Assembly: GCA_964187785.1 (NCBI GenBank)
Contig: OZ076413.1
Span: forward strand, 50,532,001-50,596,000
Direction of reading: 5' to 3'
DNA from: Amphiscolops sp. MND2022
Taxonomy: Eukaryota
Length of the DNA stretch: 64,000 nt
Shown here: piece after piece, positions 52,164 to 64,000 of the stretch
Layout of the letters: every line of letters starts with the position of its first letter
Position numbering within the stretch: position 1 is the stretch's first letter
Position numbers and translations under genes: made by a program
Notes under the pieces: model-generated
Told to the model about the DNA's origin: nothing
What the model saw: the letters and a program-made list of their open reading frames with translations, nothing else
Databases searched by the model: none

Positions 52164-52272
52164 CCAGTTTGTAGAATTTAATGATCCAGTTTGTAGAAAA
52201 AAATTCTACAAACTGGAACACCTAGGATCAATTTGTAGAGTTCTACAGACTGGTATTCTACAAACTGGACCT
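52164..52272. repeat. Direct and inverted repeats of CCAGTTTGTAGAA abutting the gap
   Basis: CCAGTTTGTAGAA x2-3 and TTCTACAAACTGG x3. Confidence 0.8.
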
Positions 52273-52280
52273 ATTTCGTA

Positions 52281-52480
52281 NNNNNNNNNNNNNNNNNNNN
52301 NNNNNNNNNNNNNNNNNNNNNNNNNNNNNNNNNNNNNNNNNNNNNNNNNNNNNNNNNNNNNNNNNNNNNNNNNNNNNNNNNNNNNNNNNNNNNNNNNNNN
52401 NNNNNNNNNNNNNNNNNNNNNNNNNNNNNNNNNNNNNNNNNNNNNNNNNNNNNNNNNNNNNNNNNNNNNNNNNNNNNNNN
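52281..52480. other. Assembly gap (200 N)
   Basis: Run of exactly 200 N. Confidence 1.
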
Positions 52481-52519
52481 AGAGAGGGAGAGCGAAAGTC
52501 AGTAAACCCCTCTTTGCTG

Positions 52520-55500
52520 GAGGATGTAAAATTTGGGTCTAGTTTTCAGTTTGGGAAAGCAACAGTGTGTCGAAATGAAATTGTAACTGGTAAGGTTCTT
52601 CAATTTTTCTTTGCCGGAGCTGATCAATTCTTCCAAGATCTTGCAGTCGGTAACGTCGAAGCTGTCAAGGAGGAAAATTTTCTTCGAACGGAAGGCAGAA
52701 ATTTCAATGCAGACAAAAAAATAGTGGTATGCGTTGTCTTCATTACCACTTGAGCACTTCGGGAGGTATAACATCCAATTGATCTCATTGAAGGTCGTCG
52801 TGTTGGCCATCAGTAGGCTGCAGATGCGGTTTGCATAATAGGGTTTTCCTCTAATAAGTGGGCAGGGTTTACCAACAGCGGATTTTGAGTGAATGAAATT
52901 TTTAGGAAAGACATCGGTCGGGCAGTGGGTTTTTCCATCGGTTCAGCCATTAACAATTTAGATATGCGGATATCGACTTATCGACTCAGGGGTGTAACCT
53001 AATTCGGTTGTGTTGGTCACCTTGCATTACCTTCACCAAAAACATTCGAGGACGCAACTTTTGCTGCAATTTTGGTTTATTGCTTGGTTGTGGGCTGCCT
53101 GTATTAGGTCGTTTCCTGCTTCGTTTTGAATAAAAATTTGACAGCTAGACTTTGGCAGAAAAGGTCAATTGGTGGGATCACTGTGAGTGCTTCAGCTGTA
53201 CTAATAGGTGGCGATGAAATGTTTTTGAAAATCGATATCAGGATATTATTTTTGAAGCGTTGTAGGGATTTGATATTCGTTTGTGCCCATATTGGTGCTC
53301 CATATAAAACTTGGGGTTGTATGACAGATTGGTAAAAATAGACTAGGGTCTGAAGGGTAATGCCCCACTTGGTGTTGTAAGGCTTTCGGAGGATATGCCA
53401 GCTTCGCGTAGCGTTGGCAACTGAGATTTCAGTGTGGACTTTGCAGTTGAGTTTAGAATCGATGTTGAGGCTGAGTGATTTCGTGGTTTCGCTAACTTTG
53501 CAGTTTTCTCCGTTTAGTTTGATCTGGGTTAAGTCTTCGTGTGAGTTGGTTATAGGCAAACTTTCCGTTTTCGTTCCATTTACAGCTTTTCTCCAGCGTC
53601 TACAAAAATTTTCGATATCTAAGCAGGTGTCCTTTAATGATTCAGCAATTGTTTCCTACGGATTGAAGTACTCAAGAATCTTCGGCAAATATAAAGCGTT
53701 TGATTGAGTTTGATAGGAAATCAGAGATGAAAATAAAAAATAGCACAGGTGAGAGAACGCTACCTTGCAGTAGTCCGATATGGATACTGACTAGGGATGA
53801 GGTGCAAGGTTCTACTAGGTCAATCTGTCCTTTTCTGGAACGAAAGAAGTTGTCAATCATTTTTATCAGTTTCCCATTTATTTTCAGATTTTTCAATTTG
53901 TAGATCAAGCCATCGAGCCACACACTGTCGAAAGCTTTCTCAAGGTCTAAGTTTAGAAGTGCTGCAGATTCTTCATGCGTTTTTGCCCTTTCCCATTCAA
54001 GATCGAATCTGTAGAGGGATCTAAGCGTGTTCTTTCTTCTTTGAAACCCTTCTTGTTCTTCTTCGATGCACCTTTCTTCCTCTTAGAAGGTAAGCAGTCG
54101 TCGCTCGATCATTCTTTCGAACAACTTCCCAATGTGGCTGGCTATTGATATGAGTCCAAAGCTTGATGCAGTGTCATAAGCCTTCTTATAAACCTTTTTG
54201 GTGAAGATGATCTTTAAAGTTCCCCATTTCCAAGTTTTTTTAGTACAGCACATATCGCATAAATCAAGAACTGAGATTTTGGGATTTGGTCCCCTGTTTT
54301 GCATTATTTTGGGATGGATGGGATTCTTGTCAAACGAGCTGCTTTTGACAAGTTTCAAGGTGTAAAATAAGTGTAAAATAAGTGTAAAATAATCTTGCCA
54401 TATATCCAGTGTCCCCTCCTGCAAGGGCATACGGACTTCCGTTTGCAGATTAATCTCTACTTTTCGACGATGATCTTCGTCAAATCTGGGGTTTTTGAAG
54501 TTTGCAGCTGCAAAGAAAGTCTGTTTCAAATGATCGGCGATATTCTTTTGTTCACAAAGCAATTTGCCTTAGGAGTCTTTAATAGGGCCCCTCTCGCTGG
54601 ATTCTGCTTTGAAAAGCTTGTTGTAAACTGACCAGAACTGTTTTCCGTGTTTATGTCCCATTCCGTCTAAAACTTTAATCATCAATTTTGATGCGCTCTC
54701 CTACAGTAATTTTTTGAAATCATCTCTAGCTTTTGCTAGATGATGACCGTTTTGGTAGTTGGAGTTGTATTTGAGATTGCGCCTCAAGAGTCTTAGTTCA
54801 TTACTGGCTTAGATGAGTTCCTCGTTCCAAAACGGTTTGCTGTTTCTATTATTTTGTTTTGTCGGAATGTAGACATTCGTAGCTTCCGCCAGTAGACGTT
54901 TAAGTGATTCCCATCAGCGCTCGCGGTCCTCTTTCCAATTTGTTGGGTCACAAATTTCTTGTTCTAAAAGACCCAGTACACCCTTTCTATCCACGGCTTG
55001 GTTTGTACGACGTGAGGTTCCGCTGATAATTATAACTCTAGACAGCCTGCAATGTGTCCTCAGGCTGGAGCACCAGTTAAAAAATCCGTTTCATTGTCTG
55101 TTGAAAGACATGTCAGATTTGAAGATAAAGAGTGAGTCAGAATGCATAAGTCAATGACGCTATGACCATTAGATGCAAGGAGAGTAGGTTCACCATTATT
55201 GATCACAGCGACCTTTTCGTTCAATCTACTCACTTACTTGGTTACATAGTCGTTTGCAGTTGTGTCTCCCCAGTATAAGTGTCTGGCATTCAGGTATTCG
55301 AAACAGAGAGTGCCTTTGAAGTCATTTCGGAATATCGGATCGAAAGCAGAATCGTTTTTCCTAACCCCTAACCTGATTCGGATTTGTTGGGACTACTAGG
55401 GGGTATGTAAGCTGTGCTGATCAGAACTTTATGACCGCGGATGATTGTGGCGAGAAACGTGCTATAAATTTCGCTGCATTCAATCTCGGTATTGTAACGA

Positions 55501-57450
55501 CGATTTTGTCTCATTAGTATTGCAACGCCCCGGTGTTTATTTGTGCTTTCACTGTTCGAGTTTGCGAAGGCGTCAATTTCGAGGTGTTTATTCGTCTCAC
55601 TAAGGCACTTACAGATCGGTTCTTGCTCGTTGACGCATTCGTCCAACACATTTTTGCAATGGTCTCTGATTCCGTTGACATTCAGTACGAAGAAACGACA
55701 GCATTCACGTGTCATTGATCTTATTTCCTAGGTTTTCGATCCGTTGCTGAACTGATATGAGTGTTGGTTTCTCACGGACGGTGTATACGGTGTTTACTTG
55801 TTTCAGGCAAGTTGGGCAGTCTGTAGAGTCAGCTGGATGCTTTCCATGGCAGTTAGCACAATTTGGTGGTTCTGATTTGGAGCACTGGCTATAACTGTGA
55901 TTTCCTGATTTCCGCTACAGTGGCCACAGGTTCGATTGGATTTACAACTTAAGCTCATGTGTCAAAACTTTTGGCAGTTGAAACAACGTATTATTGTAAG
56001 AGTCCTCTGTTCAAAGCGTGTTGGTTTGTAGAACAGTAAGTCGATGAATAAACCTTCGTTGAGGGCTTTCTCCGAGTCGTTTACTGTTTTAAAGTTAATT
56101 TTAACTGTTTCAAATTTTGTTTGGTCACGTTTAATGAACCTCGTAACTTTAACGTCATCAAAATAATGTTGGTTTTGAGTTGAAAGGGTTATTTCGGAGT
56201 CGTCTATATCAGTGGGGACCTTCTTGATAATCACAGTTTCGTTAGGTTTTTCAATCTCGTTGGCTCTTCGGATTTTACTTTGATTTCTAAAGAAAGTTGG
56301 TTCCCATTTCTCAAAAAATTCTGTGGCTTCCATTTCGTTCAGGAATTCAAGATGGATATTGCCTCTAACTGTGGTGAAGGCGTAGGCGAGTCGTTTCAAG
56401 GGAAAAATTTCTGCAAACTCTTCCTTTCTTAATAGTGACGCTGTTTGAGAAACTTGGAGTGTTCGTAACAATCAGGGTTTTGTTCAAATCGTGACCAGGT
56501 TGTTTATCAGCTGTTTTTGTTTGCTGTGGATGACGTGATTCGGCTGATGAAACTGTTTTGCATATGTTTTCTGCTGTGAAGTTTTTCCACTGAGGTTTTC
56601 AATTCGTCTATGTTTGTTTGGAGAATCGAACCGCATTTGGTCTTCTTGTTTTTGGTCCTGGATATCGTTCAGTCCGGCAGTTAAAATTTGTCGTTAGCCC
56701 CACTAGGCTGGTGCCTTTCAGAAGTGCTTCACATTATTCGCAATACCAGTGGAAGTTTGCTATTTGTGTTTGTGTAATGTAGGCAGATCCTCTTGTTCGA
56801 TTATAGCGCATGAGCCATGCCACCAGATTTCACAGCCGTTGCAAGGGATTGATTTATCGTTTTTCTCAAATTTTTGCTCGCATTTGCCACATTTGTCATC
56901 AGCGGAGGAAGTTGATTTGCTTCGACTCATGAATCCCAACAGCAAGCAACTCCGAGGTAGCTATACCTCTTTGAAGTCACAACACTGGAAAGACTCACTG
57001 ATGCGAAGGGTTAACACTGGGAGGATTTTAGTCTCTTCGTGGCTCTTGCTTTTTTCGAGGGTTTGTTTTAAGGGATTGTTTTTTTCGGGATGAACTTCTT
57101 GAGGTTTGACTGATGTCGTAAAACTATGGATAGAATATTTGTATTCGATTTTAACTGCAAAGTAGATTTTGTTACTTCAATTGCAATTTCCAGAATTTCG
57201 AGAGTTCGTTTGGCAAGAATGTCCTTCTCCACTTGGATGATGAGAATATTTGTCGATTGAAGATCTTTCGGTATGTTGGGGGATAAAAACTTTGGAGATA
57301 AATGATGGCTTTGATTCTATTTTTCAGTGTTTTGAGGTGATGCAGTAGCTTTTGAACGGGATTTGGTTTGCGGAACAGTTTCGTGAGGTGGCGTGACACT
57401 AAGTTATTGATGCAATTGGGCAAGAGTTCAATTTCCGAGGATCTTGATTT
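52520..57450 (-). mobile_element. Decayed, near full-length APE-type LINE (I/Jockey-group-like): ORF1 with PHD and CCHC knuckles; ORF2 APE-RT-zinc finger
   Basis: PHD CGKC..CNGCEIWWHGSC (56760-56945); RCFNCQKF knuckle plus further Cys/His knuckles; APE VLNVNG..LSET..RGVAIL; RT LISIASHIGKLFERMI, LEKAFD.VW.DGL, QGSVLSPVLF, FAED; C-terminal CSSGNEDNAYHYFFVC. Ends approximate. Confidence 0.88.
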
Positions 57451-57561
57451 ACTAATTGCTACTTGGGCTCTTTGTCCTCGAGAACTGCGGGTATCGAAGG
57501 TTAAGCCTCTTATAGCAATCGTATTTTGACAGATGCGGTGTTTTGATCGTTGTGGGTATTG

Positions 57562-57879
57562 TTATTTTCCGCCCACATAAATGAGGGAGGAAAATCATGA
57601 TCTGTGACGCATTTTTATTATTTTCCGCCCACGTGAATGGAGGAGGAATATCATGATCTGTCACTTGTCTTTTTTTACAATTTGTGCCAAAACTCCACTT
57701 TATCTGCAATCACTTATTGTTTTCCCAGTCAGTAGGTCGTGAGTTCGAACCCGGGCTTTGTGCTTGAACTTTTTGTGTTTCCCAGCCACGAGGTCGCGGG
57801 TTCGATCCTCTCCTTCGCCATACTATTTTGCGATAGGCGTGTCAAGACAAATATCCCGGTGCTTAGCGGGAGTCTTGTT
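57562..57879 (+). mobile_element. Short HINE-like family 2 element with tRNA-like segments (partial second copy at 60657-60902)
   Basis: Duplicated 5' end TTATTTTCCGCCCAC..GGAGGAAAAT; GAGTTCGAACCC and GGGTTCGATCC..CGCCA; 3' AAATATCCCGGTGCTTAGCGGGAGTCTTGTTT. Confidence 0.6.
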
Positions 57880-60800
57880 TAATTATGTTGTCCAATGGAC
57901 TAGCACCAAAGATTAAGACCATCCAGCAGGAAACGGAAAATATGAATAAACGGATAGAAGTAAACTTGGAACGAACTGACAGTCAATTTTGACGGAACCT
58001 ATGCAAACCGGTGAAGGTCCAGACCAGGTCCAGGTGTGACCTTCAGGGGCTATTCTGCAACCGGTGAAGGTCCAGTCCAATAAATGATATCTGATTAGCA
58101 GATTGTAATTAGGGTACTTTCCGCATGTTGCACTTTGAGCTATTCTCCACAAAGCTCTATTCAAGTTTATCACTATTTCGATCTGAGAGAGTAAAATTTG
58201 GTGTCACTGAAGGACATCGCAAGAACTGATAGCGACTGGTTATGTTGAGCTCCAAAACACGGAACCCGTACTGAGAGTTTGATTTAGCCTAACAATTTAG
58301 CCTGATTGTTGTGATAAACTTGTTAAATAGCTTCAGAGATGACTATGATTTGAATGTGAGACAACTGGACAACATCTCTGACTCTGTTTTGTTGGTTTGT
58401 CGCGGCACTTGGGCTGAAAGAACATCACAACCCGATGAGATAATTCCAATTATATAATTTAATTTAATTTTTTTATGAAGTCTCAGACTTTCAATTTTGG
58501 ATGCTTTTGGAAACCCCCAGCTCGGCTTTCTCTTGTTTGTCCCTTTTCTCAATATGAGCATTGTGTCAAGTGTCGTGTGCAGTGCCTGAAGCTATAATTC
58601 GGTGGCTCTGAAAAATTGTCCCGGAGAGGAATCAATAAGTTCTGCTCCGCTCAAAGATGTTGTAAACCCAGCGGCAGAATCTTTTGGGTGGGATGCTCAA
58701 AATGCTGTAAATGGTTCCATATCAAATGCGTGGGTATTACGGAAAAGCAGTCAGAGGAGGAAGATTTTTTGTGCAGACCTTGCCAAGTTGTGGATACGGG
58801 TGCTCCACTGCCCCTTACCATTGATACTCTAATAGCTGTCACTAAAGCAAACCCCGCTATTCTGAAACGAGTACCCAAACACCTACGTATTCCATTAGCA
58901 AAACTTCCCAACGAAGCAAAGCAACATGACGAATCGTGCTGGGTGAGTTTCTTTCTACATTTTTGCGCCATTATGAAACAGCCAAAACAATTTGGCAAAC
59001 GACAGAAATGTGATCTGGGGAGAATCAAATGCGAGAGGATCAACAAAGGTCCTGCTCTTGGCGATCTTGTCGTCCCGCGTGAATTGAAGGATTCTAAACT
59101 CGAGCAAGATTGCAAAAAAAAATCAAGTTGATCTCTGCTAAGCTCGATGAAGGGAACGTCCGAGCGAGAATAAGACTAGCAGCGTCTGACGACACAGTAG
59201 CTCCGTTTGACAACAACACTTATGAAAAACTTCAGTCAAAACATCCCCCTGGAGCCGCAAATCATGCCCAACAAGTCGTCGAAGAAAGCTTAATTGTGTT
59301 TGAGCCCACTGTTGCTAAGGCAATCAACTCCTTCCCTTATCGGCCTCCAAAAAAGAGACGGCGGAGTTCGACCAATTGCGGTTGGAAACACGCTGCGTCG
59401 AATTTGCACAAAATGTGTGAGCTCTTTCGCGACTGACCAACGACAAATTGATTTCCATGGTACGCAGTTCGAAATGCGGGACAAGTCGTGGAGCCGAAAT
59501 TGCAGCACATTTTTCGAAATCTCACTGAGAACGAGAAGAATCCTGAAAACGTTATTCTGAAAATGGATTTAAAAAATGATTTCAACTCGCTGAAACGTGA
59601 CAAACTGTTAGACACCGTTGTTCGAATGCGACGCCAGATATACAATTACACGTACTCTGCATATAGCGAAACCTCTCATCTTTTCTTAGGAGACAAAGTA
59701 AATCAATCGCCAGAGGACTGTCAGCAAGGGGACCCCGAAGGTCCAGCTTTCTTCTCAGACACTATTCAAGACATCGTTATTCGAATGGTTTCGCAATATA
59801 ATGTTCGGTATCTCGACGACGGAAATCTTTCGGATCACTATCGGACGGTCCTTGAGGACCTCAAACGAATCATTGCTAGCGCCGACGAGTATGGGTTGTC
59901 TCTCGAAAAAACTAAATTTTACCTGATTTTCCTCGAAAAATGTACCGAAAGCTCAAAAAAAGAGAGTAAAAACGCTTTTTGAAGAATTTTGCCCGGGTAT
60001 CAAAGTAGAGGATTATTAGAATTTGGAAATTTTAGGGTCGCCAATGGGCGCAAGTGCTCGTCGAGTCCTGTTGAACAAAAAAATGATTGAATTGCAAAGA
60101 CTCTCTGAAGTTGTTACAAATGTAGACGCTCACTATGCTTTCTACCTGTTGAAGAACTGTTTCACTCTACCCAATCTACTGTACCTTCTTCGCACCAGCG
60201 CTTGCTTCGAAGAGTTGGATCTCTTACAGCAATATGATTCCACTATCCGCAAATCATTGTCCAAAATCTGTAATGTCAATGTTAATGAAAACAGGTATAC
60301 TCAGGCGATCCTCCCAGTCTCCAAAGGGGCATAAACATTGCATCGGCTTCCCAGATTGCTCTTCCTCTGCTTTTTTAGCTTCAGCAACGGGCGCCAAATG
60401 TGCTCTGTCTTGTATCTTCCTGGAAGACTATGTTGATGCATTGTTCGAAATGGCATTTAATTTGTGGCTGACGAAGGCGAACCTATCAGAAGCACCGTGG
60501 GACTTCATCCGAAAACATTGGACGTCTCCTTTGAGTGATGCTATTTTTGATCAACTTATTACAGACCTTGATGTGGAAAATGTCAAAAGATTGAACGCTT
60601 ACCAAGACCTCTTTAGTTCCGCTTGGCTGAATGTTGTACCAAGCAAAAGTCTCTTCTGAATGGAGGAGGAAAATCATGATCTGTCACTTGTCTTTTTTTA
60701 CAATTTGTGCCAAAACTCCACTTTATCTGCACTCACTTATTGCTTTCCCAGTCAGTAGGTCGTGAGTTCGAACCCGGGCTTTGTGCTTGAACTTTTTGTG

Positions 60801-63800
60801 TTTCCCAGCCACGAGGTCGCGGGTTCGATCCTCTCCTTCGCCATACTATTTTGCGATAGGCGTGTCAAGACAAATATCCCGGTGCTTAGCGGGAGTCTTG
60901 TTTAATTATGTTGTCCAATGAACTAGCACCAAAGATTAAGACCATCCAGCAGGAAACGGAAAATATGAATAAACGGATAGAAGTAAACTTGGAACGAACT
61001 GACAGTCAATTTTGACGGAACCTATGCAAACCGGTGAAGGTCCAGACCAGGTCCAGGTGTGACCTTCGGGGGCTATTCTGCAACCGGTGAAGGTCCAGTC
61101 CAATAAATGATATCTGATTAGCAGATTGTAATTAGGGTACTTTCCGCATGTTGCACTTTGAGCTATTCTCCACAAAGCTCTATTCAAGTTTATCACTATT
61201 TCGATCTGAGAGAGTAAAATTTGGTGTCACTGAAGGACATCACAAGAACTGAGAGCGACTGGTTATATTGAGCTCCAAAACACGGAAACCGTACTGAGAG
61301 TTTGATTTAGCCTAACAATTTAGCCTGATTGTTGTGATAAACTTGTTAAATAGCTTCAGAGATGACTATGATTTGAATGTGAGACAACTGGACAACATCT
61401 CTGACTCTGTTTTGTTGGTTTGTCGCGGCACTTGGGCTGAAAGAACATCACAACCCGGTGAGATAATTCCAATTATATAATTTAATTTAATTTTTTTATG
61501 AAGTCTCAGACTTTCAATTTTGGATGCTTTTGGAAACCCCCAGCTCGGCTTTCTCTTGTTTGTCCCTTTTCTCAATATGAGCATTGTGTCAAGTGTCGTG
61601 TGCAGTGCCTGAAGCTATAATTCGGTGGCTCTGAAAAATTGTCCCGGAGAGGAATCAATAAGTTCTGCTCCGCTCAAAGATGTTGTAAACCCAGCGGCAG
61701 AATCTTTTGGGTGGGATGCTCAAAATGCTGTAAATGGTTCCATATCAAATGCGTGGGTATTACGGAAAAGCAGTCAGAGGAGGAAGATTTTTTGTGCAGA
61801 CCTTGCCAAGTTGTGGATACGGGTGCTCCACTGCCCCTTACCATTGATACTCTAATAGCTGTCACTAAAGCAAACCCCGCTATTCTGAAACGAGTACCCA
61901 AACACCTACGTATTCCATTAGCAAAACTTCCCAACGAAGCAAAGCAACATGACGAATCGTGCTGGGTGAGTTTCTTTCTACATTTTTGCGCCATTATGAA
62001 ACAGCCAAAACAATTTGGCAAACGACAGAAATGTGATCTGGGGAGAATCAAATGCGAGAGGATCAACAAAGGTCCTGCTCTTGGCGATCTTGTCGTCCCG
62101 CGTGAATTGAAGGATTCTAAACTCGAGCAAGATTGCAAAAAAAAATCAAGTTGATCTCCGCTAAGCTCGATGAAGGGAACGTCCGAGCGAGAATAAGACT
62201 AGCAGCGTCTGACGACACAGTAGCTCCGTTTGACAACAACACTTATGAAAAACTTCAGTCAAAACATCCCCCTTGAGCCGCAAATCATGCCCAACAAGTC
62301 GTCGAAGAAAGCTTAATTGTGTTTGAGCCCACTGTTGCTAAGGCAATCAACTCCTTCCCTTCTGGGTCGTCGGGAGGACCAAGCCTACTTGTGCCCCAGT
62401 TGTACAAAGACCTCATCGGAAAGGGCAACGGGCCCATAGGAAACGAGTTCCTCCAGAAGCTAACAAGCGTACTAAATATTGTCTTAGAGGGCAAAATCCC
62501 TGTAGGGTTGAGACCTATTTTCCTCGGTGCTAAACATATCGGCCTTCGAAAAAGAGACGGCGGAGTTCAACCAATTGCGGTTGGAAACACGCTGCGTCGA
62601 ATTTGCACAAAATGTGTGAGCTCTTTCGCGACTGACCAACGACAAATTGATTTCCATGGTACGCAGTTCGAAATGCGGGACAAGTCGTGGAGCCGAAATT
62701 GCAGCACATTTTTCGAAATCTCACTGAGAACGAGAAGAATCCTGAAAACGTTATTCTGAAAATGGATTTCAAAAATGATTTCAACTCGCTGGAACGTGAC
62801 AAACTGTTAGACACCGTTTTTCGAATGCGACGCCAGATATACAATTACACGTACTCTGCATATAGCGAAACCTCTCATCTTTTCTTAGGAGACAAAGTAA
62901 ATCAATCGCAAGAGGACTGTCAGCAAGGGGACCCCGAAGGTCCAGCTCTCTTCTCAGACACTATTCAAGACATCGTTATTCGAATGGTTTCGCAATATAA
63001 TGTTCGGTATCTCGACGACGGAAATCTTTCGGATCACTATCGGACGGTCCTTGAGGACCTCAAACGAATCATTGCTAGCGCCGACGAGTATGGGTTGTCT
63101 CTCGAAAAAACTAAATTTTACCTGATTTTCCTCGAAAAATGTACCGAAAGCTCAAAAAAAGAGAATAAAAACGCTTTTTGAAGAATTTTGCCCGGGTATC
63201 AAAGTAGAGGATTATTAGAATTTGGAAATTTTAGGGTCGCCAATGGGCGCAAGTGCTCGTCGAGTCCTGTTGAACAAAAAAATGATTGAATTGCAAAGAC
63301 TCTCTGAAGTTGTTACAAAATTAGACGCTCACTATGCTTTCTACCTGTTGAAGAACTGTTTCACTCTACCCAATCTACTGTACCTTCTTCGCACCAGCGC
63401 TTGCTTCGAAGAGTTGGATCTCTTACAGCAATATGATTCCACTATCCGCAAATCATTGTCCAAAATCTGTAATGTCAATGTTAATGAAAACAGGTATACT
63501 CAGGCGATCCTCCCAGTCTCCAAAGGGGCATAAACATTGCATCGGCTTCCCAGATTGCTCTTCCTCTGCTTTTTTAGCTTCAGCAACGGGCGCCAAATGT
63601 GCTCTGTCTTGTATCTTCCTGGAAGACTATGTTGATGCATTGTTCGAAATGGCATTTAATTTGTGGCTGACGAAGGCGAACCTATCAGAAGCACCGTGGG
63701 ACTTCATCCGAAAACATTGGACGTCTCCTTTGAGTGATGCTATTTTTGATCAACTTATTACAGACCTTGATGTGGAAAATGTCAAAAGATTGAACGCTTA

Positions 63801-63860
63801 CCAAGACCTCTTTGGTTCCGCTTGGCTGAATGTTGTACCAAGCAAAAGTCTCGGTCTGAA
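57634..63860 (+). repeat. Tandem duplication: unit 57634-60656 (3023 bp) and a longer second unit from 60657
   Basis: ORFs offset by 3023 before, and 3199 after, a ~176-bp deletion in copy 1 at ~59338; TGAA microhomology at the junction. Confidence 0.96.
58550..60656 (+). mobile_element. CRE-like non-LTR retrotransposon, copy 1 (PHD + RT; internally deleted, 3' truncated, frameshifted)
   Basis: PHD C4HC3; GGVRPIAVGNTLRR, QQGDPEGP, YLDDG, ILGSPMG, LLYLLRT, AWLNVVPS. Confidence 0.85.
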
Positions 63861-64000
63861 GTTAACAGATCAGCAACTGCGCATCTCGTTATCCATTCGC
63901 CTCTGCGCGAAAATTTGCAAGAAACACACTTGCCGTTGTGGCAAACTTGTCGAAGAGAACGGACATCATGGTCTTTCCTGTGCCAGAAGCGCGGGACGTT
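61573..64000 (+). mobile_element. CRE-like non-LTR retrotransposon, copy 2 (runs off the window)
   Basis: Same motifs plus SFPSGSSGGPS and the C-terminal CRCGKLVEENGHHGLSC knuckle at the window end. Confidence 0.88.

Noticed and set aside
52132..52542. ORF spanning the N run
   Set aside because: Artefact of translating across the assembly gap
57735..57825. tRNA gene (also candidates at ~4830, ~13030, ~48060)
   Set aside because: Only B-box/T-arm-like motifs; I could not fold a full cloverleaf, and they sit inside interspersed repeats

Overview
AT-rich, repeat-dense eukaryotic (probably invertebrate animal) genomic DNA with a 200-N scaffold gap at 52281-52480. There are two probable host genes. 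One is three 5' exons of a minus-strand papain/cathepsin-L-family gene whose catalytic Cys codon is replaced by Ser; its 3' exons are not in the window. The other is an intact, intronless 413-aa secreted-protein ORF at 42340-43581. The rest is mostly decayed mobile DNA: two Ty3/Gypsy LTR retrotransposons, a PHD-bearing APE-type LINE, a PHD-bearing CRE-like restriction-endonuclease non-LTR element (tandemly duplicated), and two families of non-autonomous Helentron/HINE-like elements. The most notable signal is that the large Gypsy element carries, downstream of integrase, a long open frame that aligns by eye to two tandem TARG1/OARD1-type macrodomains. All protein assignments are by-eye motif recognition; no database searches were run.
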